Positions 27,301 through 42,149 of a stretch of 64,000 bases of DNA are shown here, piece after piece. Position 1 is the first letter of the stretch. Every line of letters begins with the position of its first letter. Source of the DNA: Perna viridis (lineage: Eukaryota); NCBI GenBank assembly GCA_037379345.1, contig CM074511.1, positions 63,804,862 to 63,868,861 of the forward strand. Reading direction: 5' to 3'. A program made the translations under genes and the position numbers. The notes under the pieces are model-generated. The model saw only the letters and a program-made list of their open reading frames with translations. It did not search any database and was not told the origin of the DNA.

Positions 27301-30300
27301 CATAACCAGTTATTTTCTGAGACAACATATGCAAATATATCTTCCTATTTAGATTAATTAATTAATTAACACTTATTAATGGACAAAAACAAACTTCCAA
27401 AAAAGCCATTATCTAGGATTAAGTTAATTGGTGAAAGAATAACCAATTAAAGAATGTAACCTACCTTAGAAATATATGACCCTATGGCCTTATTATTCTT
27501 ATGACAATATCTAATCATATGTTTGTAATATTACATCATATCATAAGTAACAGGTAATTTGTTAAAGACAAGGTCAGTAGGTGTTAACATTTCTCACTTA
27601 TTAATCTTTTATGCAAATTGATGTAAAAATAAGTACTCAGTTCACCTTCAATGTGTCTTTCTGTGAGCTAGAAATTACTTCATTAACTATCATTTTATTT
27701 GACAGCATTCATTAGAATATGCTGAAATCATTCTTTTAAATATTGAATTTATTTTTTTAATGAGCAGTAGGAAAACCCTTACCTTAAATGTTTTAATGCT
27801 ATTGACTAAATTTCATTAAAAACTACCCTGCAAGCCAAGGGAAGAAACTCTGATACAATTTTTGCAATGTGGATGACTTTGTACCATTTTAAATTTGTAT
27901 TATTCCCCTTTGACCAATATATGAACTGTTCAAACAGAACCAACAGGTACCAGTATCGTATTGCATATCCCTGAGCGGGTGTACGTCAAAACATGGATGC
28001 TATAAAAATATAGTGTATTTTCTTTTTGCCTCTCTACAAACTAATGTTTTGTCAAAAGATATGAACAATGACTTATAAAATAGAGCAAACATCACACTGT
28101 AAGATGAAGAACTTTTTTAAAGGAAAATCTAACATAATATCATAAAAATGTTCCACTGAAAAGGTTGGTTTGGTGAGTGCAAAACGAAAGTGAAAGTAGG
28201 GAAAATGGCTATTTATAGTTCAAGACTACTTTTCTGTCCGATCTTCGTGGACTCACCCTATTTTCTATGCGGGAAATTATTTTTTCACATGTCCTTAGAA
28301 ATGCTACATAAGTGAAAGTTTTATTGAATCAATTTGCATATTTTTTTAAAAATCCTAAAAATATGCACTTCACTACAGAAGTCTATGGGAAAATTAATAC
28401 GATACTGAGACCAACATATTAGCCCAAACAGAGTTACCTCCCTTACACATGTAAGTAATACCAACCTTCCTGGTCCTCCCAGCCAACATTCTTTCTTTTA
28501 ACAGTACTAGTCTGGATAACAGCCTTCCTCTGAGCATCTACAGCCTGTATGTGAGCAGCTGACATTTCTTTTGTATTGGCACGGATATGAACTTTTGGTG
28601 GTTCATTGATTACATTAGAAAACTGGTTGGCCTTAGCCATGAAAGATTTGCCATCTGTTTGTACTGGAGAAGATGTAACACGCTGTGGTTTCCTTGGTGA
28701 TGACTCTGGAGGCGACATTGACCCATGATCTGACGACTCACTGAATTCTTCCTTGACCTCTGTGACTGTTTCCTTGACAACCAGACCATCAGGGAAGTCC
28801 TCTAGAGTACTGCTGAGGCTAACATGATTCGAGCTGTCAACTGAAGCCATGTCCTCAAAAGCAGAGTCAGCTTGGGATACAGGACTTAGTACTGTGGTAG
28901 TGTTGTAAGAAATCAAATGGATCTCATTGTCATCTGCATCAGGTGATGTTGGCACTACCCCTGTTTTACCATCTCCTGCAACAAAAATAAATTATGGTGA
29001 TCCCAAAATATTGTGTGATATCAATGGACCACACTTCAATCCATAAAAAGAGGATACTTTCCAAAAATGATATAGATGAAAGGCTAAGGTTTGTTTACCT
29101 ATTATAGCATTCACATTAGCATCGAAGTAAAAAGGAAATAAGAATGGTGTGTAAAATACACAATGATTGTTTTATCAAGAGGACAGTTCTTCAATATTTG
29201 TTTAGTTTTTTTATTATTATTTTTTTTTCTGTCATTTACCCATTTATCATTTTTAACCTGATACTATGTACATGTACCATAAAACATAAGTTCATACATC
29301 ACAAATTGATTTCCAAAGTTTGACATTTGAAGATACTTAGGGATGTAACATGTTATATCGACATAAAATTAATTACAGACAATATTTTATAGATAAAGAT
29401 TTTTGTCAACCTAAATTTTATATAAAATCTGTAATGTGTTTAGTATCAACATTTATATTGCGATCAATGAAATATATTATTATTTCTAATGTTTAGTAGT
29501 TTACAGGAATACATCGTTAACCAATATCGTCAGATCTATTTGACTTGAAAAGCTGATTTCTATATCAGAAGAGTCATTTTAACAAATCAAGAATATTAAT
29601 CAAAATACTGTTAGTAACATGTATTTACCTGGAATGAAAACAGCCTGAAAATCGAACTTGTCCTCTGAGTCCGACACATCTGAGTCAGAGGCAGCCTCCT
29701 CTAGTTCCTTAGTTTTGGCCTCAAGTTGTAAATCATTCAGATAAACATCCATTGCAGTCTTGGTAGGGACAGTCTCTTCAGCAGAAATGACAGGTGGAGG
29801 ACTTTTATTGACACCAAAAAACTGGTCCCTCATTTCTGCCACTTTCTGACTATGTGGGGAAACAACCTCCTCTCTAGTTGATGGAGCCTCACTTTGGACT
29901 TTAGAAGATGATTGTATTTGAATAATTTCTTCCTCAACCTCTGTATCCTCCATCATTGTTGGTTGAGTTTTCTCCTCTATCTCTATATGAGGGTTTTTTA
30001 CCTCTATTTTACGAGACAACACAGGTGTAGGAGGAGGTATATCAGGCAGTACAGGTGGGATACTCTCAGGTAAAGGTGGAGCTGCTGATTCCACAGAAGT
30101 AAGTGATGTGAGAGAAATGGTGTCGGCTATATTGTCAGGTAAACTTTTACCTGGTTTATTTATAATATATTCTGATTCAATACCAGCATCAAAAACATCA
30201 CCTTGTGAATTGTCCTTCACTTCAATGTTAGCACTTTCAAAACTTGGATTGTCCGATTCGGAAGATGTATCACGATTAGATTTTTTAATTATTCCTTTAA

Positions 30301-33300
30301 TGTTTTTGTCACTAATGTCTTCAGTATTACCAGACACTTGTAGTTCCTCAGGGTTTACAATTTGCACCTGTCTAAATGTATATGTACCACTTTCTACGTG
30401 ATCTGATTGTTCAACGACAAATTCTTCCTGTAGAGTAACTTGATCTATCTTCTCATCTGAGAACACTTGATCCAAGATAACCTCCCTTTTTTCTGGGGTG
30501 TCACTGACAAGATTCTCAGTAGTGTTGCTTGTATCCCTTACTAAGTCAGATTGTTTTTCATCTAATGATGGTTGTTTTGGGGCTTCCTTCTTCTTCCTTG
30601 GAGGACGAGAGGGCTTTACAGGACCAGTTTCTGAAGGTGCAGTAACCTTTTCCTCCTCCTTCTGAGGCTTTATTTCAATCTCCCTCTGGGTGTTTACTGG
30701 AGGAACAGTCTCAGGTTCAATTATATGATTATCCACTACCTGTGGCTCTTGAAATTTCTCTTTTTGTTTAACTGTTGGTGGCTGAGGTGCTGATGACTTA
30801 AGTTTTTCTGTAGAATTAGCCTGCACTTTACCAGGTGGTAAGGGTGCTCTGGTTTTCTTCAGAGATTCAGTTTTTAAAATAGAGTCTGATTTGACAGGCT
30901 TTGGAATGTGACTATCAGTAAGATTCAAAGACCTCCTTTGAGATTTCTCAGTCCTTTTAGGCACAGAATCATACGTATGATCGAAGGTATATGATCCTCT
31001 TTTTGATTTTCTCTCCTTAATGTCAGATTCATCTCTTTCAGTTACATAACTACGTCTTTTGGCAACGTAATCTTTATCGGCCGAACTTTTTGATCTTCGA
31101 GCAAATCGGCTTTTTTCTTTCTGTTCTTCTTCTTCCTTTTCTTTCTTACGAGCTAGGTAGTCCGATGGATTTCTCTGAAAATAAAAAACAGAACTGTAAT
31201 TCTTAGCATCATTCAATGGATACTTAAATAACAAAGCAGTCAAGCAATTTTTACCAAATCAAGACACTATGACATACAAATCTAGTTATCTACTGCAAAC
31301 ATTTCAAACTAAATTTCTATAATATAATTTAACTTAAGTTGCTAAATCCAACTATTCCATGGAAATAAATTTGAAGTTACTTTTTAAAGTCACAAAATTT
31401 TTAGAAAGTCACTCAATAAAAACTGTCAACTCAATATCCCAAACTAAATAAATAGTACAACTAGACAACAGTGATGATTTGTCAACAAATTCTATGACCT
31501 ATGTGCAAATAGCCATTTACAATTGAAGATCACGAAAGTCACTAAATCTTCTAAAAAGAGTTATTCCAACATATTAACCTTAATCTACAACAGTCAAAGT
31601 AAATCTATATTAATCTTCAATGTGAGAGGTTTTTTAATCCACTTCTCAACAACCATTACAATGTATTACAGTAATCAAATCACACCATAACAACATAAAT
31701 GCATTGCTTGCAAATAAAGCTACAGCTTATTAAATACTTTTCAAAAAGCAAATTAGTTCCAAATTTTAATCTACTATATATTTCAAGACAAGTTGATTTA
31801 GCATTTAAAAATGAATCTTTATGCTATTCTAGACAGCATTGCCCTAGACTTTATTATTGCCTCTACAGTCTTTCAGGGTAAGGAACTATTTTTTTTATGT
31901 TCAATAATTTGGGTGTAAACAGCCACTTAGACAAACATTTAAAATGTATTTTTAGCATAAACATATATGCTTCTGCATAACACATGATAAACCCAGGCTT
32001 CATCATGGCCTAAATAGACAGACAGTGTTATACATGAATAATGAAGACATCAAAAACACATATGAGTTATCTCCCTTATATAAACTTGACAGGCATGATG
32101 TATTGGACTAGACAACAGTGGTTATCAAAAATCAATCAATATGTTTGTTATGTAATTTTTAATGGTCCTGTTTCACATATTATAGTACAACATCATTTTC
32201 ATGTCTGAAAAGTTTTTATAAATAATACTAACAAAGTCCATGTCTATTTTGTTAATCAAGTAATTAAAGTAGAATTTTGTCAGTTTGAGACTCACAAAAT
32301 AGTCAAAATTGTAAAAAAAAAAATTAAATAAATAAACACCATAAATACAATAAAAATGTTAATTCAAATACCTAAAAAATAATCTTGTATACAGGTACAA
32401 TAAAAAATAACGAATGAAAAATATTAAGAGCTCTAAATTGAAATGTAAACTAATTCTGAAACCTGTTATTGTAAGATATATAGTACCAGTACTCATTTAT
32501 TGATTTGTCACAGATAGAGAAATGATTATTGTATTTTTAATATACAGCAATAGTAACACTATATTAATTATGCTGATTTTCAATGAATTTGAAAGGACTT
32601 AACAAGTATTGGTTTAAAAACTGATCCTGTAGACATCAAATGCAACCAATGCATCAAAAAACCTTACATAGACTGAAGTCCTACCTTAAAACCAGGCCGT
32701 CAGTACACCTTAACAGGGTGGAATTCAGGTGATAAAACGGACTTATTGATTTTAAGTATTGTAAACAAATGGTTGATAGATACTTCACATACTGTTTCTA
32801 TGTTTAGGAAATATGTCTCATTTTTATCATTACAGAAATTTTGTTAGAATTCCATTTTATGTGGAAAAAGTTAAGATATTTATAATATTAATATCTCTAG
32901 TTATGACATACATGTGTGCAAGTTACAATTAATTTAATCAAGAATTTTTTCCTGATTAACAACATAGATATTTAAAGTGTTCAAATATTTCAGAGATTTA
33001 TTGATTGGTGTACATTTCTAAAGTTATTACTTGACATTTACAGAAAATGGAAATGAAAAATGAATAAATCAGAGACTAATGAAAAATACACATGTGAAAA
33101 CAATATTGTCAATAACTCCTGATCAGAAATTAAACTCACTAAACAAAAGATGAATTTTTTATGACATATTTAATATTCAAACAAATAATACATTTGCTAA
33201 AATCATCATTTTTTAGTGTGAAACTTCTCATAAGACAACAAATCTTTATTTTTATTTGAGCCCATATTTTTTCATGGTTTTGGATTGCAGCCTAAAGATT

Positions 33301-36300
33301 CTAACAATCAGAATATTTCAGGGCTACAGCATTTACATATTAATCCAGTAAAACACACTTGAGAACAAAATGATAACCACATCTCCTCAGGATGCTGACC
33401 TATCAATATTTTCACCATATTTGTTTTAAAACATAACTATAAAACCAAGAAAATAAGTCACAACTTGATAAAATTATTTTAAAAGACTATTTGTTCTAAC
33501 TTTGTAAGACACTGTCATGACAAGATAATTGTATGTCACCTGTAGCGCTGCAATATTTTGATCACTATCAGGATAAAGTGATATCTTAATGCTCCAGTTT
33601 AACCCAAACAGAAACAATCTCTTTTAGGTAGACAAATAAAACCTAGAGGCATTTACTAAATTTATATCCATCCCGATGATTTTAAGATTGACTTGTCAAT
33701 TTTTCAACATTAAAAGAAATTTATTGTCAACCTTAATAAAGTATCTTTATTATTGAGTATTACCAAAACACAACAAGTATTTAGGGTTGTCAGAATTATG
33801 TTGAAGCAAAGAAATTTGATTCAAATACATAAATATCAAAATTTTTAACAGAATTATAAAAAAAAATGGGAATTAATTCTGGTTTGACTTATCCTTCTGA
33901 ACAGAAGACTACTGTATATTTCAAGCCATTCTCTATCAAATCAAACACTCGAATTACCATGGTAAACATGAAACAGTCTCACTGATTTGTAATGAGTAAT
34001 GCTCATTCCTTGCAAAAATTTTACATTATGGACAGCAGTACTAATAAGCTAGCAAAGTAATGTGAAGTAAATTAAGAAGCAACTGTTCAAATTGTTCAAA
34101 ATAAAAATTCCCCATGGGCAAGAGTATAACAAAATAATCCTTGTTAACTTTCAATGCAAGGAATTCTAAACAGGTATCAAGGATTTTTATAGCAGACTAC
34201 AAAATCCTTCAATACATCTATCTGTCAATTTTCTTTTAAAAAAGATATTGCTTCAAAATCTGCACAGACATGCTAGACTGCAATAAAAAAAAATACTGAC
34301 GAAAATATGAAACACCAACAGTCATTGCTTTACATAAGATCTCTCAATGATGCTGTACAGCATATATTACAACTTGGGGATTTAACACTACACTAAGTCA
34401 TGCAAACAGTTGTTTTTTACCCATGGTGTAGATTTTTTCTTAAAATACCTGGTACACATCTACTTACCAAATATAGAAGACAAACATATTGTATTCCAAC
34501 TCTTTATCTAAGAGGCTCGAAAAAAAGAATTGTTCAAGCAACAAGGTCCAATGCCAACTAATAAACAACTCTAACCACAATGTAAGCAAACTTACCATAT
34601 TAGATAATAAAATGTTCCTATTATTCCAGAAAATCTAATTAATCACCACAAAAGCCCATCAAACCTTCCCCATAAAGCCCCAGAATAGCCACTGTCCAGT
34701 ACAGGTAATTAATTACCTGTAATTAACCTGAACTGTATGATTGATTTGGTTTTTTAATTACTGATCACATTTTATGGCCTGACAATACAAATATACATCA
34801 TGTTGAACACTGGTCATGAATCTTTGGATAGTAAATGGACTACCACAATAAATATCCAGGTTCTCCTGTTGAGTATTCGTTACTGACCAAGAGTTGTTCA
34901 AGACATAACCAAGATGACAATAAAAACATACAGCAACCAAAAACAAATACACAAAAAACAATGCTATGGGTATAAAAAAACTTTTAAAAAGTATAGCACA
35001 GATCAAATGTGTGTTGCTTAAGTAACTACTAAGTGAGTTTCTAGACACAACTGTTCATTTTCTCCTTTCCAGAAGAATATGTAAGAGGGCTAGATGAAAA
35101 GTAGAAATTATTTTTCTACTGTTCATTTTATCTGTTTACTACTTCTAGTCTAAATTCGTATATAAAAATACTCAAAATTCTCTATATTATATCATGACTT
35201 AATTGACCAAATTTCTTCTAAAAAGTTGAAATTTAAGCCTATGAGGGAGCAATTTTTATTCATACATTACATAACTTATACAAAGTGTGGCTGATTTAAC
35301 TTGGGGAAAAAAGAAGAAGTGGCAATAGCAAAGATACAAACAAGTGGAAATCTTTGGACATACAAGGGCAGTCCATGGACAAAAATACAAAGAACAATTA
35401 AATTACCACAAAACAAACTTAAAAGTATAAATAGAAATAGGAACAGTACAAACCCCACCTAAAACACAAAATGTAAACATATACATATGAACTTAAATAT
35501 GCAGGATCACATCTATTTTGAATGGTAAGAATATGAGAAGATCTAACACAAATATGTGCTTTATCAAAGGATAACAAAAAACATCAAATTAGACCATCTT
35601 TTCTGAAAAGATTTAAATTTATTTTGGAAACTATCAGGTACTTTATTTTGTTAACACACAAAAAGAATGTAACAATGATACAAATACAATGTCTGTATAC
35701 TGAAAGTAATATCACATATCTGCCGAGAAATATGGTATAAACTTGGATTCCAAGAACAATATAGATATCTATGAAAAAAATGCAACTTCTGCTGTTATAA
35801 AATACTGAATTTTCTCTCAAATGACAAACTTTTCATCCATTAGAAACTTTACAGTAATAACACTCCTGACAAGAAAAATAAATTAAGGACAAAACTTGTG
35901 TTCCACAAAACACAGTCCATGTTGGTTTCTGATACAAGAGAAAGTTGATGATAAAGGTTTGTTTGATTTGTTGACATCCTATGACAAATATTACATTACA
36001 TGGACAATATGGATTGACCAATTGAACAGACCATGCTATGTACTAGCCTGAGCTAGTTTTTTTAATAATTTCTACCACACCGAAACAACAGCCCTTAGGA
36101 AGGCATCTTACTCCAATCAGACAGATTATTCTGATTCAACAAACCTTTTTAGTATGTTGTATTATCACTAAGAACCTATAACAAATATACCAAATTTGAC
36201 AAATACCTAATAAGAGTCTCAACAGAGTTCAATACACAAAGTTTTCAAACCAAAAGACAAGGAGATGCATATCATACCTATTTGAATTAATACACTTCCC

Positions 36301-39300
36301 AATTAGTCCACAAGAAAATTCATTTAAAGGATCTAACAAAAACATGGATAGCCTTCCTACCTTACCAAACTGTAACTTTTACACATTTACAACTAAACTG
36401 TAATAAAACTTATTTTGTTTTTAGAAGAACATGGTGTTACATAGTATAACAGTGACCTACTCACCACAGAACACATGTAGGTTCTAGGAAGTGATCATCA
36501 CTTTAATGTAAATTTGATGTCTCTGTATACATGAACATGGTACAAAGTGTTGAAATCAGCACTTTACATCAAGACAGACATGTTATCTACACCTTTTAGG
36601 TATATTATTGGGACACATTTCATAGCATGCAGCTGCCAGTGGCTGTACTTGTACTCAAATTGTAAATCATAACAAATCACATCCTTCTTCAAAGATCAAT
36701 GAATGTAATATTATAAAAAAAATGTTTTCTAGTATAAACATCATATGTGTGTATGTCCAAATTCAATGTATCCTTACCCACAATACTGGCCATCAATCCT
36801 ACTCAGCATAAACAAATAACAATGGCCAGTGTGCCAACTCAATATAAACAGCATGTCTACTCATCATAAGCCCACAATACTGGTCAGCAGGTCTACTCAA
36901 TATAAACCCACAATACTGGTCAGCATGTCTACTAAATATAATCCCACAATACTGGTCAGCAGGACTACTCATCATAAACCCACAACATTTGCCAGCAGGC
37001 CTACTTTTTTAGTAGTCAAATTTTAAAGTCAAGCAATTCCTAAAATGAGTGATTCTAGTGCAATTAATTTCCATCTTAGGTTGAAATCCCAACAGAGAAG
37101 AGGTAATTCTTTATGGCTGGTTGTTGATGATTTTCTTACTAGTAATTTGACCTGGCTTCAGTTGGACCTACATTACAAATGGGGGCATAAATTATACGTT
37201 TGCTTACTTTAAGGTCTTCAACAATGGCCCTTTCCAAACATTTGAAACCAAGAAGTCTACTTAGTCCCAATTCATTCATTTAAATTTTAACTAGAAAACC
37301 AGACTTTAAGGACATTTGTAGTACTTTGCAGGGGCATATCAAGAGATTTTGAGAAGGAGTTCTAGGAAAAAGGGAGGGTTCCAGAATATTATTTGCTCAT
37401 TTTTGCCAAAATATTGCTCAAAATTGACAAAATTATCCAACAAAAAAGGGATTCAACACCTGTATCCCGGACTCTGGAACAGTCACTGCAGTGCAGTGCA
37501 TCAATGTTTTTAGGGATAAATATTAAGTACACAGACTTTGTATGTTGTTTACACAGAAATATGTTGGCAAAATGTTATCAGTACAAATAACCCACTAGGT
37601 CATGTATGTCAAACCCAGAAGTACAAATGTACACTTTATTGTATGTAAAACCAATATGTATAATTGTACACTTTATTATTGTATGTCAAAAATATAGATA
37701 TAAAATTACTTTTTCTAAGTTATCTCCAATGACAATCTTGGTCATATGAAATTTTATAATGTCTGTTACAAATGTATAAAGATAGTTTTATGATGTGGTA
37801 GACTTAATGCATACCACTTACGTGTGAGGTATACACACCCAAATATTTCTTTAAATTGAGTTTTAAACCATCTAATCATTATACCTATCTTTTTTCAAGG
37901 CTCTAAATACATGCTTTTACAAAAAATGTGAATAAATTGCATGCAGTGAAAATTATGAATGAAAACATTCTTTGCAAATATCATTAAGTTCATTTAAAGA
38001 TGATAGGGGAGTCACAAATTACTGTGTTACACATTTCCAATCAATAACAGCTTAAGTAGCAGTCTTTGTAAGAATCAAATTCTGTAATATATGATACACC
38101 CCAAAAAAATGCTATATATTTTTAATTTTGTTATTAAGTTGCTTTATAGGTCTATTTAATTAAATGTTTATTTATTTATTCCAATCTGTTTCTATTGTAT
38201 TTTAGTGTCCTTTATAGAGTTATCTCCCTATATTTTGAATTCAACGGTACATTCTACATAATTTGTATCTCTTACAAACAGAGATGTTATGAAAATCCAC
38301 ATGTTAATTTCTGTTTAGTATAACATTTTAAACAAAATATCAAAAATGAAAATACGTAGGTTTTCCATGAATCACATTTTGCATGATTCTTAGCTGGAAT
38401 ACTAATTTGTTGAAAATTAGTGTCAAACAATAAACATCAAAAGTTTGATAAGGAATTCATCTTAAAAGAAAATGTCTTCACACAACACTAATTCTGATAC
38501 CCCTGCGTTATATGATTTGTCATAAGATAAATGTAGTTTTAAGTTTTCGAGTTGAGACACGTTTTCTCCACAGACTACATAGAACTGGAGAATACATAGA
38601 ACAGAGATGTTACATGAAGCTGGAAGACACGTCTGATCTCTCTAACCTAAAAATGTTCTACAGTTTTATAAACAATATTATTAATGATAATCATATGTAA
38701 ATCTGACAGAAAATTATGTTTTTCATAATTGATTGTACTCATACTAGCACTTATGGTGTTGGCCTCAGGAAAACTCAGGTAAAAAAAACAAGTAAATATG
38801 TAGTTTTTAATGGTTTATCTCTCAAGAGTTGTAAAATACTTTCTAAGGACTATGGAATGAATAAAATATGATATAAAAATATAAAGGTGAGAAGTGTAGC
38901 TTAAGTATGATTTATTATGTACAACGACCATAGAGGTACTACAAGGGCTTCTATAGGTTACATATGATAAAAGTCAAAACTTCTAGAACTTCTAATGCCT
39001 TTCATAGGAGGATTTATCAGTAATCTTATAACAGCAGTAAGATAGCATAAGAAACAATGCTTAACAAAAATTGGTCAAATAAGTTTTGCAAATGATTATT
39101 ACAATATGGCAAGATTTCCTTCTGACACCTTATCAATGCATTTCTAAGCTTTTTTGACAATTGTAAGGATCATACAAATTTTGACAGTGTAAAGTCGTAC
39201 TCCTTTCAAGATTGTCATAAAACACTGCAAAACTGCAAGCCATAGAAGTTACTATCACTCCATCAGACAGTCATTAATAATGGTCTTAAAATTTCTTACA

Positions 39301-42149
39301 TTGAACCTTAAATTCTCATACCAAAGTTCTGTAATGAGAAATTTCCCATTTATGGAAACTCCTTATCAATTCCATTTGCATGTGAAAACCAGCATTAATC
39401 AATAGATTAATCAAAAACGGTAGTTCTAGATGAACAGACAACAAGCAAACAGTTACAATAAACCTGAGATGCTTAGAGGTCACCAAAAGGTCATGTTTAC
39501 AGCCAGAAAGTGACCATCTTTTATAGTATTGTTCAGAACATTAGAATGTCCCTTTTACAATAACTTATTTGTTGTCAGTTTAAGTGAGATCAAAAGTCTT
39601 TTAACACCAGGGTATGACAAGATACAATTAGATGACCATCAGATTTTATATTTGATACCATAATTCTTGCTCAGATTATTCATCTTTTTGGGAAAACATT
39701 GTTAAAATATTTTCAAGCAGAAATAAATCATTTAAATTCATGTCCTGTTTTTCACTTATCAAAAGAATAAGGATTAAATCCTTGAGGATTTGAGACAAAC
39801 AAACATATCTGTTTAACTTTCAACAAAAAAATTGAACTACATATACTTAAATTCTATGTTTTACTCAGACAAATATCAAAGGTCAGCTCTCAAAAATGTT
39901 ATAGTTCTTGATTTCTTTTGGAAAAATTGCAGATATTTTTGAAACAAGACATGTGAACTGTAGGTTATATTGTCTTGTTTAATTCACAGAACAACTGTGT
40001 GGAGAATGATATATCTTGGGAGGCTAACATTGGAAGGAAAATTTAGGAAGTTGATGTAATATTTCAAAGGACTATGAGAGGGGGGAATAAACACCCATGT
40101 TATTGTTTTGTGCCTTAAGCTATTAGTAAAAATTGATTGGGGTAGTTAAAATTCATTGGAATAAAGTGAAAATTCTAAAATTTAAGGTTCTGGATACCGT
40201 TTCACTAAGCTTACCTAAGGCTTACATGCATGTAAGTCTGTTTTGTTTTGTGTACGTAAGTCTTACGAGTGCTTTGTGAAATGATGTCCTGGTTTGTAGC
40301 TTTTACAAACAGACTGAATTGTTATTGAAGTTGGGAAAATAAACGTAAGTGTTATAGCCCCTCAACACAAAACAGCCTTTTATTTAGAAGGAGTATATGT
40401 AGCCTTGTACCCAATAGTGTTAAACTGACCATTAAAGTCGTTGTTCTTGAATACAATGTAATAAGAAGTATCTACATTACTAGTGCATTATTAGTTTCAC
40501 AATAATGTGTAAGTCCAATGAACCAAACTGTCAAATGATGAAAAAAAATATGTCCCAGTGACATTGCTTAGCATGACCTTGTGAGCTACAAGGTAAGACT
40601 ATTTGTACCACAAACCAATGCAATAGTATTATTGTTCTTTGTAGGGAAAATTATAATTGAAAGAACCAATGAAATGCATGGTATTTGTTATACATAGAAA
40701 TCCTTGAATTAAAATCTAAAAAACAAAAAAACAAAAAAAAAAACAAGAGGCTCCCAGGAGCCTGAATCGCCCACCTGGTTGAATTTTGCCTTTTAAGGGC
40801 AATAAATTAAACAAGAAGTTGTCCAACAATTTTGACTCAAGAAATCTTTGATAGGACTTATCATATGATCATTTCAGCAAACGAAAGTCTAAATCTATTA
40901 TAGTTTTCAAGACATTGGCTGAAAACTGAAAAACCTGTCATTTTCCATTGTCAAGGGCAATAACTCTTATGAGAAGGTGTCTGACAACTTTTATGCCAGA
41001 AGACTTTTGTAGTCCTAAGAATAAGGATGGTTTCAGCTACTGAAAGAATTTGGCTAAACCTAACGGTTTTGGAGATATATGCCAAAAACTACTGTCTGAC
41101 CCCTATATTCTACTTTTAGTAACAGCGGCCATGCTTTTCAATGGATCAAAAATCCCCACACCCCAAGGAACATTCATACCAAGTTTGGTTCCAATTGGTC
41201 CAGTGGTGTCAGAGGAGAAGAGTTTTGAAAAATTGTTAACAATGATGACGGATGCCAAGTGATGGCAATAGCTCACATGGCCTATGGCCAGGTGAGCTAA
41301 AAAGAAAATTTTGCTAAACCATGGAAAATATTAAAACACAAAATATTGTCTTTTCAAAGAAATGCCATCTTTTTATTGGGTTGACAGTGACTATTAGCCA
41401 CTAAGTGAGAATTGTTGAAGACATGGTTTGTAATACTTGGTTACTAGTCTCATAATGATAGGGGTTTTGGTTAAATGTACATGTAGCATGTGAAAAAAAG
41501 TGATGGTCAATCATATAATCTTGTATAAGTGAACAAAATAACAACTGCATATGAAAGACAACACAACTTCCCAAAAAAATTTCCATGTTGTTTGAGTGCC
41601 CTGTTTAAACAATGCCTTACAACAACTGTATATAAAGAAATTAAAAGTTACTCAACACCATTTTATCCCATATTGATGCAAATCATAATGTCACCCACTA
41701 CAACTTGAAAGAATCATATCTACTTATAATTTTGTTTCTGCTCCCAAAATGAGCCACCAAATTCATTCAACTTCTGAAGGAATTTTATCAATGAGCAAAC
41801 AATTGTAAAACACAATAACAGAAGAAACAAAACAGATGTAGATTATTAGATATGAATATTATCCATTTTAAGTGGTAGTCTTACTACTATCACAACCCAC
41901 AATCAGCAGGCTTAATGTCTTCCATTGACCAACAAATAAAAGATTTATTTTTCTCACAGTCATCTCCTATTGTGACTAGCAGGAGATTATATAGAAGAAA
42001 TATAGGTTTACTTATTCAAAAACATGAAAGCAGCTTTATTATCATAAAACATTTAAAGCAGGGTCAAATGTTACATATTTCTGACATAGAAAAGACATAT
42101 TTGTACTTACTTTCAGTTTAGTAATTCCCTTCAAGACGGCTAAAGCCAT
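12326..42149 (-). CDS. MISP/AKAP2-like protein (AKAP2 C-terminal-type repeats), about 1283 aa; exons (minus) 42111-42149, 29629-31174, 28466-28975, 23557-23586, 16664-17325, 12766-13790, 12326-12365
   Basis: The exon chain is GT-AG bounded with consistent phases (0,1,1,1,0,2). ETPIEREIRLARERENELRAQ closely matches the MISP/MISP3/AKAP2 motif as I recall it. The remainder is low-complexity, charged and Pro-rich. It ends KTQRKSSGIVLDS*. Confidence 0.75.
12766..13790 (-). CDS. Exon of the MISP/AKAP2-like gene with five EREIR/EREEEL repeats
   Basis: ORF 12762-13880; CTTTTCAG acceptor, GTAAGT donor. Confidence 0.92.
16664..17325 (-). CDS. Exon of the MISP/AKAP2-like gene (PSQSTIEV...DLSSTRRQWESF...ESAIDREIRLANEREEML...HANE)
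   Basis: Open frame extending upstream of ORF 16637-16975; TAG acceptor, GAG|GTTTGT donor. Confidence 0.88.
19783..19849 (-). CDS. Candidate alternative first coding exon (MADSPVYSSSAVLVLRVSSNDY)
   Basis: ggagATGG context, G|GTAAGG donor, phase 1 compatible with the acceptor at 17325. Confidence 0.5.
23557..23586 (-). CDS. 30-nt symmetric (phase 1-1) microexon EEGSDSNIDS
   Basis: TTTCTTATTACAG acceptor and GTAAGA donor, open and in phase with both flanking exons. Confidence 0.65.
24421..24505. repeat. About 43-bp direct duplication (CCCAAACCTTG.TTGAAACCTG.TG.ATAGGTGATCAGATGC x2)
   Basis: Directly visible. Confidence 0.8.
28466..28975 (-). CDS. Exon of the MISP/AKAP2-like gene (GDGKTGVVPTSP...RKNVGWEDQE)
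   Basis: ORF 28443-28955; TTGCAG acceptor, AAG|GTTGGT donor. Confidence 0.88.
29629..31174 (-). CDS. Large exon of the MISP/AKAP2-like gene (RNPSDYLARKKEKE...QAVFIP)
   Basis: ORF 29600-31243; TTTTATTTTCAG acceptor, CAG|GTAAAT donor. Confidence 0.9.
36777..37005. repeat. 36-bp minisatellite (CCCACAATACTGGTCAGCAGGTCTACTCAATATAAA), about 6 copies
   Basis: Directly visible; explains ORF 36829-37026. Confidence 0.88.
40742..41303 (-). mobile_element. Helentron-associated-type non-autonomous element (about 560 bp)
   Basis: Starts AACAAGAGGCTCCCAGGAGCCT (hairpin) and ends GCTCACATGGCCTATGGCCAGGTGAGCTAAAAA (hairpin); inserted in A/T runs; internal AAGGGCAATAA and CCAAGTTTGGTTCCAATTGG motifs typical of molluscan repeats. 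Confidence 0.7.
42111..42149 (-). CDS. Predicted first coding exon of the MISP/AKAP2-like gene (MALAVLKGITKLK)
   Basis: caaaATGG start context, AAA|GTAAGT donor, phase 0 matches the acceptor at 31174. Confidence 0.65.

Noticed and set aside
12925-30401. Plus-strand ORFs overlapping the large minus-strand exons (12925, 13439, 13632, 30108)
   Set aside because: Antisense shadows of real coding exons.
31699-41586. Numerous 60-96 aa hydrophobic ORFs in the first intron
   Set aside because: AT-rich chance ORFs or repeat-derived (41050-41262 lies within a Helentron-type element); no recognisable domains.
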